The position numbers were made by a program, and so were the translations under genes. Shown here one piece after another: positions 1 through 8,879 of a DNA stretch of 15,557 nucleotides (the first letter of the stretch is position 1; each line of letters begins with the position of its first letter). Origin of the DNA: a bacterium. Lineage in GTDB: Bacteria > UBP6 > UBA1177 > JAWOGE01. Location: assembly GCA_046497165.1 (NCBI GenBank), contig JAWOGE010000327.1, forward strand, positions 1 through 15,557, in the 5' to 3' direction. The notes under the pieces are model-generated. The model was not told the origin of the DNA and did no database searches. It was given only the letters and a program-made list of their open reading frames with translations.

Positions 1-83
1 TGATAACTAAACTAGAATCGTTCGATTCTGAGTTAGAAAACATGGGAAAGAATTCTGATTCAGAAGAGTTACACAAAATGTGA
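1..83 (+). CDS. C-terminal 27 codons of a TetR-family regulator paralog, 5'-truncated by the window edge; stop TGA at 81-83
   Basis: Frame 3 reads ...ITKLESFDSELENMGKNSDSEELHKM*, nearly identical to the C-terminus of the TetR-like ORF 8880-9500 (...ILSESFDSELENTGKKSDSEELHKI*). The nucleotide match between 16-120 and 9432-9537 is about 94%. Confidence 0.5.
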   Translation, partial: ITKLESFDSELENMGKNSDSEELHKM

Positions 84-142
84 GGTTCACCCGAAGGTTA
101 ATCGGCGATTTTTGTAACTTCTTACGAACAGAAAGCTTTTTC
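12..142 (+). repeat. Copy 1 of a duplicated block: TetR 3' coding end plus 3' flank (GGTTCACCCGAAGGTTAATCGGCGATTTTTGTAA ... GAACAGAAAGCTTTTTCA)
   Basis: Direct sequence comparison with 9428-9605. There are about 6 mismatches over the first ~105 nt. A ~48-nt indel follows, then a second matching segment (125-142 vs 9588-9605, 17/18). Confidence 0.8.
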
Positions 143-200
143 ATTTTTCAATGAGAGAGTCGGACGGTTCAGGTTAAACCCGAATCGTTCAATTCTATCA

Positions 201-229
201 TTGAAAAACGAAAACAGATATGCTATAAT
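201..229 (+). promoter_or_regulatory. Putative sigma70 promoter of glyQS-ppdK: TTGAAA (201-206), 17-nt spacer, extended -10 TGcTATAAT (221-229)
   Basis: Near-consensus -35 and perfect -10 hexamers with a TG extension and 17-nt spacing, 32 nt upstream of the glyQ ATG. The ORF track's 201 start is a TTG inside this promoter and is not the real start. Confidence 0.5.
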
Positions 230-260
230 CTCTCGCTTATTCATTTGTCAGGAAGGTTTT

Positions 261-1127
261 ATGAATAAAAAAATAAATTTTCAGGAACTTATTCTCAAAC
301 TAGAAAATTTCTGGACTGAAAAAGGGTGTGCCCTTATGCAGCCGCATGACATAGAGATGGGTGCGGGAACTTTTCATCCAGCCACTTTTTTCTACTCTCT
401 CAGTCCGAAAAATATCAACACCGTCTATGTTCAGCCTTCAAGACGACCCACAGATGGAAGATACGGAGAAAACCCCAACAGAATGCAGCGATTTTATCAG
501 ATGCAGGTTCTAATTAAACCGAGCCCGGAGGATTCTCAAAATCTTTACATAGACAGCCTCAGAGCAATCGGTATAAATCCCCACAGGCATGACATCCGTT
601 TTGTTGAAGATGATTGGGAAAGTCCCACCCTCGGAGCCTGGGGCCTGGGATGGGAAGTGTGGCTTGACGGTATGGAAATAAGTCAGTTCACATATTTTCA
701 GCAAATGGGAGGAATTGAACTGCATCCTGTTCCCCTTGAACTCACTTATGGTCTGGAAAGAATCGCCATGTATCTTCAGGGCGTGGAAAATGTTTATGAT
801 CTCAAATGGAATGAAACCGTAACCTACGGAGATATTCACAAAAAAGATGAGTCAGAGTTCTCTCACTATAATTTTACACACGCTCCTGTAAAAATACTTT
901 CAGAACAGTTCGACCAGTGTGAACAAATTTGCAGAGAACTCACTGAAAAAAAACTTCCCCGACCCGCTTATGAATACTGTATAAAATCCAGCCATATTTT
1001 TAATGTTCTTGATGCAAGAAAAGCCATCTCGGTAACAGAGCGTCAAAGATATATCGCAAAAATAAGAAAGCTTTCCATAAATGTGGCAAAAGCTTATGTT
1101 GAATCATTCGACAACACAGGAGAATAA
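261..1127 (+). CDS. glyQ: Glycine--tRNA ligase alpha subunit
   Basis: Translation from the ATG at 261 (RBS AGGAAGG at 250-256) shows the hallmark GlyQ sequence ([45 protein letters not shown]). Length is about 288 aa. The TAA stop is 2 nt before glyS. Confidence 0.95.
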   Translation: MNKKINFQELILKLENFWTEKGCALMQPHDIEMGAGTFHPATFFYSLSPKNINTVYVQPSRRPTDGRYGENPNRMQRFYQMQVLIKPSPEDSQNLYIDSLRAIGINPHRHDIRFVEDDWESPTLGAWGLGWEVWLDGMEISQFTYFQQMGGIELHPVPLELTYGLERIAMYLQGVENVYDLKWNETVTYGDIHKKDESEFSHYNFTHAPVKILSEQFDQCEQICRELTEKKLPRPAYEYCIKSSHIFNVLDARKAISVTERQRYIAKIRKLSINVAKAYVESFDNTGE

Positions 1128-1129
1128 AA

Positions 1130-3196
1130 ATGTCTGATTTTCTTATTGAAATCCGTTACGAAGAGTTGCCGCCTTCATACATAAAGATTTTTTCGTCCCA
1201 CATGATGACACAACTGGAAAAAAAGATTTCGGATGAAAATGTGAAAAGAGGTCAAATCAAACTTATGCATACCTGTTCAAGACTTGCTTTAAAAGGTAGT
1301 GGATTTCCAGAAAAACAACCCGATACTGAAAAAACTATTTTCGGACCTCCTGAACATATTGCAACTGATGAAAAAGGCAATTTGACAAAAGCAGGAGAAT
1401 CTTTCTGCAGACAAAACGGTCTGAACTCATCGGAATGCTCTTTCGTTGAAAAAGGGAAAAAAGGCCGGGTTATCTCCGGAGTAAAAAAAACAGAGGGGAA
1501 ACATTTGGAAGATATTTTATTTGAATTTTTGCAGGAATCTCTTTTATCAGTGCCTTTTCCACGAACAATGAGATGGTCCGACCACGAGATGTTTTTTGCA
1601 AGACCTCTGAAAAACATTCTCCTTTTTGTCAATGATAAGCCTGTTATGAAAAAAATTCAACATATCACTTTTTCAGAACTGTCCCGAGGACACCGTTTTC
1701 TCTCTCCTGAAGCGTTCAGACCTGTAACAGACGAATATGAAGACGAACTTGAAAAAAGAAAAGTCATTGTGAATCACAAACAGAGAAAAGAGTTTATACG
1801 CAACAAAATAATGGACATTTCCAACAATCTGGGAGCTTCAGGATGTATTGACGAAGAGCTTCTCGAAGATGTCACATCTATGACAGAGTATCCCCATGTT
1901 ATAAAAGGCTCAATCCCTGAAAGCTACATGACACTTCCCCCCGAACTGGTTACAAAGGTTCTGAAAAAAGATCAGCGTTATTTCTCTCTGCTGAATTCAG
2001 ATCAAAAAACATTGAAGCCGAACTTTATAAGTATTTTGAACACCGTTCCTGAAGATGAAAATCTTGTTGTAAAAGGCAACGAAAAAGTTGTGAATGCAAG
2101 ACTTTCCGATGCTGAATTCTACTACCGGGATGATCTTGATTCCGATTTTAAAAAATACACAGAAAAACTCAGGGAAGTGACTTATCATAAAAAACTCGGT
2201 TCATACTTTCAAAAAACAGTGAGAATCCGTTCACTGGCAAAATATATTGCCGAAAAATATTTCAATCTTACAAAAGAGGAAAAATCTGAACTTGAAAACG
2301 CCGCCATGCTTCTTAAAAACGACCTCCTTACCGGAGTGGTATCGGAATTTCCCGACCTGCAGGGTATAATGGGAAGGTATTACGCTCTTAATTCAGGGAT
2401 ACCGGAAACCACGGCCATTGCCATCGAAGATCATTATTGTCCCGCTTTCAAAGACGATAAATTGCCGCGTAACAAAACAGGAGTCATTTTATCCATTGCC
2501 GAAAAAACCGACACAATAGTCGGAGGGTTTATGGCTGGAATGAAACCCACCGGTTCCAAAGACAAATTCGCCATAAGAAGAAACGCTCTGGGAATGCTGG
2601 AAACGGCCCGCACCATATCCGGACTCAACATCATTGAAATAATCAAAAAAGCATCTGAACTTATAAAAAAAGATAATGGATCGCTGAAAAACATGGATGA
2701 AGAGATTACCTCTTTTATGAAGAAACGGTATTTCGGTTTGTTCGATGTGGAAAAACCGGTGGTTCAATCAGCCGCATCGGGGAGTTTTGCTTTTCCTGAA
2801 AAGGTTGAAACAAGAGTAAATGTTATATCAAATCTCATTGAATCCGGTTCTGAAATAAACAATATGGCTCTGCTTTTCAAACGATGCAAAAACATCATTG
2901 AAAAATCCGATGATAGTATCCCTGAAAAAATCAATCCCGATTTTTTTGAAGACAATGAAGAAACAGAACTTTTCAATTGCATAGCACAGACTGAAAAATT
3001 CATAGAAAAAAAATCTGATAACATTGAAATAGCAAGAGAAATAATTAAAATAAAACCGTTGCTTGATAATTTTTTTGACAATGTGATGGTGATGACTGAA
3101 AATCCAGATAAAAGGAGAAACAGACTGGCGATGACGAAAAAAGTTACGGAAATCGTCCGCGAACATATCGGAGATATCAGTTATCTCAATATATAA
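1130..3196 (+). CDS. glyS: Glycine--tRNA ligase beta subunit
   Basis: 688 aa beginning MSDFLIEIRYEELPP, typical of GlyS. The RBS GGAG is 9 nt upstream. The start sits 2 nt after the glyQ stop, consistent with a translationally coupled alpha2beta2-type GlyRS. Confidence 0.95.
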   Translation: MSDFLIEIRYEELPPSYIKIFSSHMMTQLEKKISDENVKRGQIKLMHTCSRLALKGSGFPEKQPDTEKTIFGPPEHIATDEKGNLTKAGESFCRQNGLNSSECSFVEKGKKGRVISGVKKTEGKHLEDILFEFLQESLLSVPFPRTMRWSDHEMFFARPLKNILLFVNDKPVMKKIQHITFSELSRGHRFLSPEAFRPVTDEYEDELEKRKVIVNHKQRKEFIRNKIMDISNNLGASGCIDEELLEDVTSMTEYPHVIKGSIPESYMTLPPELVTKVLKKDQRYFSLLNSDQKTLKPNFISILNTVPEDENLVVKGNEKVVNARLSDAEFYYRDDLDSDFKKYTEKLREVTYHKKLGSYFQKTVRIRSLAKYIAEKYFNLTKEEKSELENAAMLLKNDLLTGVVSEFPDLQGIMGRYYALNSGIPETTAIAIEDHYCPAFKDDKLPRNKTGVILSIAEKTDTIVGGFMAGMKPTGSKDKFAIRRNALGMLETARTISGLNIIEIIKKASELIKKDNGSLKNMDEEITSFMKKRYFGLFDVEKPVVQSAASGSFAFPEKVETRVNVISNLIESGSEINNMALLFKRCKNIIEKSDDSIPEKINPDFFEDNEETELFNCIAQTEKFIEKKSDNIEIAREIIKIKPLLDNFFDNVMVMTENPDKRRNRLAMTKKVTEIVREHIGDISYLNI

Positions 3197-3216
3197 CAGC
3201 ATACAGGAGGTCTTTA

Positions 3217-6021
3217 ATGACAAAAAAACATGTGTATTTTTTCGGTCCCGAAGAAGCAGAAGGTAACAAATCACTGAAAAATCTTCTCGGTGGAAAGGGA
3301 GCTAATCTTGCAGAGATGAGCAACCTGAAAATTCCCGTTCCCGCAGGATTTACAATTTCCACCGAAGTCTGCCTGATTTTTGAAAAAAACAACGGAGAGT
3401 ATCCGGATGAAATTAAAAATGAAGTAAAAGAAAATATTACAAAAATTGAAGAAGCCATGGGGAAAAAATTCGGTGATTCCAAAAAGCCTCTTCTGTTTTC
3501 TGTAAGATCCGGTGCAAGAGTATCCATGCCCGGTATGATGGATACCGTTCTCAATCTCGGACTGAATGAAAAAACACTTGAAGGTCTCATAAAATCCTCC
3601 GGAGACAAACGATTTGCATGGGACAGCTACCGACGATTCATACAGATGTATGGAAATGTTGTCAAAGGCATTAAAGGAGAAGCTTTTGAATCCGATATAG
3701 AGGAGATGAAGAAAAAGAAAGAAGTCGAAAACGACATAGATCTGACTGCTTCAGACCTTAAAAAACTTGTTGAAAAATTCAAGAAAACATATAAAAAAGA
3801 ATCCGGGGAATCTTTTCCCACCGATCCGTGGGATCAGCTTTGGGGTGCCGTAAATGCAGTTTTTGCATCCTGGAATAACGAACGGGCCGTAAAATATAGA
3901 AAAATGAACAACATTCCCGGTGACTGGGGAACAGCTGTAAATGTTCAGGCTATGGTTTTTGGAAATATGGGCGAAAAATGTGCCACTGGCGTAGCATTTA
4001 CCAGAAATCCCGCCACAGGAGAAAAGATGTTTTTTGGAGAATATCTTGTGAATGCTCAGGGAGAAGATGTTGTTGCCGGAATAAGAACCCCTCAGAATAT
4101 AACTTTAAGCGGTTCCCGTAATTGGGCGGAAAGTGAAGGCATATCTGAAAAAGAGAGAAAAGAGAAATATCCTTCACTTGAAGAAAAAATGCCCGCTGTT
4201 TACGAAGAACTCGTTGATATATACCACAAACTGGAAAATCATTATCGCGATATGCAGGATCTTGAGTTTACAGTTGAAAACAAAAAACTTTATATGCTTC
4301 AGACAAGAACCGGAAAAAGAACCGCCGCCGCTGCCGTGAAAATGGCCGTTGACATGGTGAACGAAGGACTTATCACCAAAGATGAAGCATTGCTCAGAGT
4401 AACTTCAGATCAAGTTGACCAACTTCTTCATCCTCAGTTTATAAAAGAGGAAAAGGATAAAAAAACCCGTATTGCCCGCGGGCTTCCGGCAAGTCCCGGT
4501 GGTGCCACAGGTCAGGTTGTATTCAATGCCGATGAGGCTGAAAAGTATAAAAAAGAGGGTAAAAAAGTCATACTTGTACGCATAGAAACCAGCCCTGAAG
4601 ATGTAGGCGGGATGGATGCCGCTGAGGGTGTTCTAACTGCTCGCGGCGGCATGACAAGTCACGCTGCTGTTGTAGCCCGTGGAATGGGAAAATGCTGTGT
4701 TTCCGGTTGCGGTTCAATAACCATAGATTACAAAGCTGAGAAATTCACTGCGGGAGATAAAACTGTTAAAAAGAACGACTGGATATCTCTTGATGGTTCA
4801 TTCGGTGATGTTTTCGAAGGAAAAATTCCCACAGAAGAACCTAAACTTGAAGGTGAATTCGGCAAGCTCATGGAATGGGCCGATGCAAGAAGAGTTCTAA
4901 AAGTAAGAACAAACGCAGATACTCCCAAAGATTCTAAAAAAGCAAAAGATTTCGGAGCAGAGGGAATTGGTCTCTGCAGAACCGAACATATGTTTTTCGA
5001 AGGCAACCGTATTCTTTATGTTCGTGAAATGATTCTTGCCGACGATAAAAAAGGTCGTGAAAAAGCACTGAAAAAACTTGTAAAATATCAGAGAGACGAT
5101 TTTAAGGGTATATTCAGAGAGATGAACGGCCTTCCCGTAACGATCCGACTTCTTGATCCTCCTCTTCATGAATTTCTTCCTCATGATAATGACCAGATAA
5201 AGGAAACCGCCGAAAAACTTAAAGTGACTCAGGCATCCATAAAGAAAAAACTTTCAGAACTCGATGAGTTCAATCCTATGCTCGGCCACAGAGGATGCAG
5301 ACTGGGAAACACTTTTCCGGAAATATCCGCTATGCAGGCAAGAGCCATTTTTGAAGCGGCTTGTGATCTTGTGAACGAAGGTATCGATGTTTTTCCGGAA
5401 GTGATGGTTCCGCTCGTAGGCAAAAAAGATGAGTTCGACCTTCAGAAAAAAGTCATTGAAGAGACAGCAGAAAAAGTTTTCGAAGAGAAAAACACTGTGG
5501 TCGAATACACCGTTGGAACAATGATAGAGGTTCCCCGTGGAGCTCTTACTGCTGACGAAATAGCAGAAACTGCGGAATTTTTCTCTTTCGGCACCAACGA
5601 TCTGACTCAGATGACTTTCGGATTCAGCCGGGATGATGCAGGAAAATTTCTTGAAATCTATCAGAACCTGGGCATTCTCGAAAAAGATCCTTTCCAGTCC
5701 ATAGATGAAGAGGGCGTAGGTCAACTTGTTGAAACTGCTTGTAAAAAAGGAAGAAAAATCCGGCCCAACATAAAACTCGGTATATGTGGCGAACACGGCG
5801 GCGATCCGGACTCCATAGACTTTTTTCACAGAGTCGGTCTAAACTATGTTTCCTGCTCACCTTACAGAGTTCCCATTGCCAGACTTTCTGCCGCCCATGC
5901 AGCTATCAACAACGACCTGATCCGTGAAATGAAAAAGAATTTTGAAGACGCTTATACCTCCATCGAAAGCACTGTCCGTAACATATACAAAGAGATGGAA
6001 CGCAAATTCCGCAAAGAATAA
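3217..6021 (+). CDS. ppdK: Pyruvate, phosphate dikinase
   Basis: 934 aa. The N-terminus VYFFGPEEAEGNKSLKNLLGGKGANLAEM is typical. The catalytic-His motif GGMTSHAAVVARGMGKCCVSGCG and a C-terminal PEP-utilizing TIM-barrel with CGEHGGDP are present. The RBS AGGAGG is 7 nt upstream, and only 20 nt separate this gene from glyS. Confidence 0.95.
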   Translation: MTKKHVYFFGPEEAEGNKSLKNLLGGKGANLAEMSNLKIPVPAGFTISTEVCLIFEKNNGEYPDEIKNEVKENITKIEEAMGKKFGDSKKPLLFSVRSGARVSMPGMMDTVLNLGLNEKTLEGLIKSSGDKRFAWDSYRRFIQMYGNVVKGIKGEAFESDIEEMKKKKEVENDIDLTASDLKKLVEKFKKTYKKESGESFPTDPWDQLWGAVNAVFASWNNERAVKYRKMNNIPGDWGTAVNVQAMVFGNMGEKCATGVAFTRNPATGEKMFFGEYLVNAQGEDVVAGIRTPQNITLSGSRNWAESEGISEKERKEKYPSLEEKMPAVYEELVDIYHKLENHYRDMQDLEFTVENKKLYMLQTRTGKRTAAAAVKMAVDMVNEGLITKDEALLRVTSDQVDQLLHPQFIKEEKDKKTRIARGLPASPGGATGQVVFNADEAEKYKKEGKKVILVRIETSPEDVGGMDAAEGVLTARGGMTSHAAVVARGMGKCCVSGCGSITIDYKAEKFTAGDKTVKKNDWISLDGSFGDVFEGKIPTEEPKLEGEFGKLMEWADARRVLKVRTNADTPKDSKKAKDFGAEGIGLCRTEHMFFEGNRILYVREMILADDKKGREKALKKLVKYQRDDFKGIFREMNGLPVTIRLLDPPLHEFLPHDNDQIKETAEKLKVTQASIKKKLSELDEFNPMLGHRGCRLGNTFPEISAMQARAIFEAACDLVNEGIDVFPEVMVPLVGKKDEFDLQKKVIEETAEKVFEEKNTVVEYTVGTMIEVPRGALTADEIAETAEFFSFGTNDLTQMTFGFSRDDAGKFLEIYQNLGILEKDPFQSIDEEGVGQLVETACKKGRKIRPNIKLGICGEHGGDPDSIDFFHRVGLNYVSCSPYRVPIARLSAAHAAINNDLIREMKKNFEDAYTSIESTVRNIYKEMERKFRKE

Positions 6022-6031
6022 TTCCCTATAA

Positions 6032-6064
6032 GACGGAGGAATCTTGAAAAAAGCTTCCTCCGTC
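6032..6064 (+). terminator. Perfect 10-bp stem-loop (GACGGAGGAA / TTCCTCCGTC, 13-nt loop) 11 nt after the ppdK stop; candidate terminator in the ppdK/EBP convergent gap
   Basis: The inverted repeat was read directly from the sequence. No clean U-tract follows on either strand, so assignment as an intrinsic terminator is tentative. Confidence 0.4.
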
Positions 6065-6201
6065 AACTTCATATATTCGGTTCTCGTTCAGATTATATAA
6101 AAGTGCATGGTTTTTTAGCCCTTACAATATGCAAACCTGTTCTGAAAAGGTGGCTCCTGTTACAAACCCGGCCTGACGGTATCTTTTCAAAACATGTTCC
6201 T

Positions 6202-8223
6202 CTATTTATAACGATTTTTGTCTATGCCGAATTTATCGAAAATCTTATATAGAGAAACTCTGCTTATTCCAGCTCTTTTTGCAGCTTTACGGATATTTCC
6301 ATCTGTTTCCTTCATTATGCTGTCAAAGTAATCCCTTGTAAAATCTCTGAGAACACGCTGTTTTTCAACTTTGTAAGATGAATACACTGCTGTTTCAGAG
6401 TTTTTTTCTTTTAAAACAGTGTTTTTTATACCGCCGGAAACAAAAGAAGATTCTGAAGATTTCTGATCATGGGAAATAATCTCTGTGGGGAAATCTTCCG
6501 CCGTGATTATATCACCGTTGCACATAATGACAGCTTGTTGTACAAAATTACGCAACTGCCTTACATTTCCGGGATAGTTGTACTGCATGAGCATAGCAAG
6601 TGCTTTTTTATCTATACCTCTTATTTTGGTTCTGTATCTTTTGTTTGCAGCTTTTATGAAGTTGTTGACAAGATACGGAATATCTTCTTTATATTCACGA
6701 AGAGGCGGAATATGGATGGGAACGACATGCAAACGGTAGTAAATATCCAGTCTGAAAGAGCCATCTTCCAGCATTTTTTCAAGGTTTCTACTGGTAGCAG
6801 CAATAACCCGGACATCAACATGTACAGGTTTTTTATCGCTTCCCACAGGTCTGACCTCGCCGTTTTGAAGTGTTCTTAAAAGCTTAACCTGAAGAAGCGG
6901 GGGCAAATCTCCGATTTCGTCCAGAAATATGGTTCCTCCGTTGGCCTTTTCAAACTCCCCCTTTTTGTTGGATGTGGCTCCCGTAAAAGCACCTTTAACA
7001 TGACCGAACATCTCACTTTCAAGAAGTTCAGAAGGGATGGCCGCACAATTTATAGAAACCAGAGGTTTGTTTTTCCGGGGACTGTTAAAATGTATGGCAT
7101 GAGCCAGCAGCTCCTTTCCGCAACCTGTTTCACCGCGCAGAATAACTGTGGCATCTGTCCGTGAAGCTTTCTCTATGCGTCGCTCCACCTCTTTCCATTT
7201 GCCCGATTTTCCTATTATTTGAATTCCTTCCCCTCCGTGCCGCGATGTTTCCTTATAAAGTTGAGCACGGCGGATAAACATTGTGGCTGTTTTTGCAAGA
7301 TTCTGAAGTCTGACGGCATCTTTCTCTGAAAAATGTTTTTTATGTTCAGACTCCACAGCTATCATTCCTATGCACCTGTTTTGAAATTGAATGGGCACAA
7401 CCAGAGAAGATTTGACATTCTTAAAAAGAGGATAGTAATTTGGATCTCTATCAACATTATCACTTATATAAGGTTTGTTTTTGTCAAGAACCTGAAGAGC
7501 TATACTCTTTTCGTCTCTTGATATTTTCTCAGGTATCGCTGAAAGAGCTTTTCCTTTAACCGCTATAGGCTCAATTTCTCCATGGGGCGAGTTTTCATTT
7601 ACAAGCAGTATAACACCGGTATTAGCATTGGATTTTCTTAAAGCAAGCACAAGCAGATTTTCAAGCAACTGATTAAGTTCTATATTATTAAGAAACTCTT
7701 CCTCTTTCTGCTGAGCATTTTCAAGACGCCACAGTATTTCAGACTCTTCACCTGCCTTTTTGGAAGAGTACTGCTCCTCGACTATGGACCAGAACTGAGG
7801 CAGTATTTCGCCGGATATGGAAGAAAAATTTTCAAAACTCTCTTTGTCTCCGAACTCCATGAAGAAAATCCCACAGGCATCCCTGGCCATATGGCGTTTT
7901 TCAAAAAAGAAAAACTCTCCTCCCATGGAAACAGGATTTGTAAAAAGTGCAGACCCTTCATAAGAACCCATAAGTTTGTCCGACTCAGCATGAACAATGC
8001 GTTTGTACTGGATTGTAAGAAGATCAGTGTTGGCATCGGTGTCCGAAAAGATCTTCAATTCATCTTCATATCTGTTCCATATGGCGTTACTCATAAAAAA
8101 GCCGGGAATAATCTCCCTCAGAGACTGTGAAAAGGTTTTTACAAGTTCAGAAATATCTTTGGTTTCTACAAGAGATCCGATAAGTTTTATGAGTCGCTTA
8201 TAAATATCAGGGTTGGAAAGCAT
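6202..8223 (-). CDS. Sigma-54-dependent transcriptional activator (enhancer-binding protein) with N-terminal GAF-type sensory region, AAA+ sigma54-interaction domain and C-terminal Fis-type HTH
   Basis: Walker A GETGCGKE, the sigma54-contact motif GAFTGA, and the C-terminal ISRVSLYKIFDKFGI HTH are all present. The stop is TAG (plus-strand CTA at 6202-6204). The start is 1 nt after the upstream thioesterase stop. Confidence 0.9.
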   Translation of the reverse strand: MLSNPDIYKRLIKLIGSLVETKDISELVKTFSQSLREIIPGFFMSNAIWNRYEDELKIFSDTDANTDLLTIQYKRIVHAESDKLMGSYEGSALFTNPVSMGGEFFFFEKRHMARDACGIFFMEFGDKESFENFSSISGEILPQFWSIVEEQYSSKKAGEESEILWRLENAQQKEEEFLNNIELNQLLENLLVLALRKSNANTGVILLVNENSPHGEIEPIAVKGKALSAIPEKISRDEKSIALQVLDKNKPYISDNVDRDPNYYPLFKNVKSSLVVPIQFQNRCIGMIAVESEHKKHFSEKDAVRLQNLAKTATMFIRRAQLYKETSRHGGEGIQIIGKSGKWKEVERRIEKASRTDATVILRGETGCGKELLAHAIHFNSPRKNKPLVSINCAAIPSELLESEMFGHVKGAFTGATSNKKGEFEKANGGTIFLDEIGDLPPLLQVKLLRTLQNGEVRPVGSDKKPVHVDVRVIAATSRNLEKMLEDGSFRLDIYYRLHVVPIHIPPLREYKEDIPYLVNNFIKAANKRYRTKIRGIDKKALAMLMQYNYPGNVRQLRNFVQQAVIMCNGDIITAEDFPTEIISHDQKSSESSFVSGGIKNTVLKEKNSETAVYSSYKVEKQRVLRDFTRDYFDSIMKETDGNIRKAAKRAGISRVSLYKIFDKFGIDKNRYK

Positions 8224-8224
8224 T

Positions 8225-8647
8225 TCAGATTTCCGGAGTAATGTTAGCTTTGAGTTTCATATAATCCTCATGATCAAAATTCATAGGATGTCCTTCTTCA
8301 TCAAGCATAAAAAGCTGTTTGCTGGCCTTGAAAACCGTATCCATTGTTTTTGATCTAATGGCTGTAAAAGAGAAATAAACAGAGTGCTCCGTTACACGGT
8401 CAAGCTTGGTGTAAAGAACTATTTTATCTCCTGCAACACACGGAGACATACAGGTGAGATTAACACTTACAACGGCAAGAATCTGTTTTTTTGCAATAAA
8501 ATGTTTTTTTCCACAACCACTTTCATTAAGGAAATCCTCCTGGGCCCTGTTTATCCATTCAAAATAGTTTTCATATCGTATAAGACCGTATGTGGAACAA
8601 TCTTTTTTTTGAACATTCAATGTTTTTTTAAAAGCTCTGTGTGCCAT
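8225..8647 (-). CDS. Hotdog-fold acyl-CoA thioesterase (4HBT/YbgC-like)
   Basis: 140 aa with the pattern ...GLIRYENYFEWINRAQEDFL..., resembling the 4HBT-family helix/active-site region. A strong RBS AAGGAG lies 8 nt upstream of the ATG (minus strand). It is co-oriented with the EBP gene, with which it overlaps or abuts. Confidence 0.6.
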   Translation of the reverse strand: MAHRAFKKTLNVQKKDCSTYGLIRYENYFEWINRAQEDFLNESGCGKKHFIAKKQILAVVSVNLTCMSPCVAGDKIVLYTKLDRVTEHSVYFSFTAIRSKTMDTVFKASKQLFMLDEEGHPMNFDHEDYMKLKANITPEI

Positions 8648-8676
8648 GTTGACACTCCTTTTAATGGTTCGGAGTA

Positions 8677-8704
8677 ATTTTAATCAAATAACATTTAAAA
8701 TCAA
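8677..8704 (-). promoter_or_regulatory. Candidate sigma70 promoter for the thioesterase-EBP operon (minus strand: TTGATT, 16-nt spacer, TAAAAT)
   Basis: Hexamers read on the reverse complement, about 30 nt upstream of the thioesterase RBS. Surrounding AT-rich sequence makes this a weak call. Confidence 0.25.
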
Positions 8705-8879
8705 AATATTGACGAAAAAATGTCAGAGTAAAATAAAAATATTCGCGTAATTCATGCTCATAAAGATTATAATTAGCTTTTATCCCGCATATTTCAAAGA
8801 GAGTGATTTGACAATTACAAAACTTTTATGTAGCCTATAGTCAACAAGGCGTACTGACAAACCGGATAAGATTGCAGAT

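Noticed and set aside
15-30. tRNA T-arm-like motif GTTCGATTC within the repeat
   Set aside because: There is no acceptor stem, D-arm or anticodon arm context around it. It is simply half of the GAATCG-TT-CGATTC palindrome inside coding sequence.
201-260. ORF-track N-terminal extension of glyQ starting at 201 ([20 protein letters not shown]...)
   Set aside because: It begins at a TTG that is the -35 hexamer of the glyQS promoter. It has no RBS. The ATG at 261 has AGGAAGG upstream and gives the canonical GlyQ N-terminus.
84-260. T-box or glycine-riboswitch leader upstream of glyQS
   Set aside because: No T-box specifier or antiterminator consensus and no glycine-riboswitch core motifs were seen. 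The predicted TSS leaves only about a 25-nt leader.
510-839. Antisense or alternate-frame ORFs inside glyQ, glyS, ppdK, EBP, HK, SPFH and thioesterase (e.g. 510-839-, 1252-1632-, 2828-3274-, 3186-3608-, 4133-4339+, 5254-5829-, 6469-6879+, 8384-8677+, 9690-10118+, 10685-11020+, 12449-12853+)
   Set aside because: All are embedded in strongly supported genes. Their composition is low-complexity (F/I/K/S-rich), typical of AT-rich antisense frames. They have no RBS and no recognisable motifs.
2234-2250. TGGCAA-N6-TTGC and (minus strand at ~3977-3995) TGGCAC-N4-TTCGC sigma54-like -24/-12 matches
   Set aside because: Both are inside glyS or ppdK coding sequence, have off-consensus spacing or -12 elements, and have no downstream gene in the right orientation.
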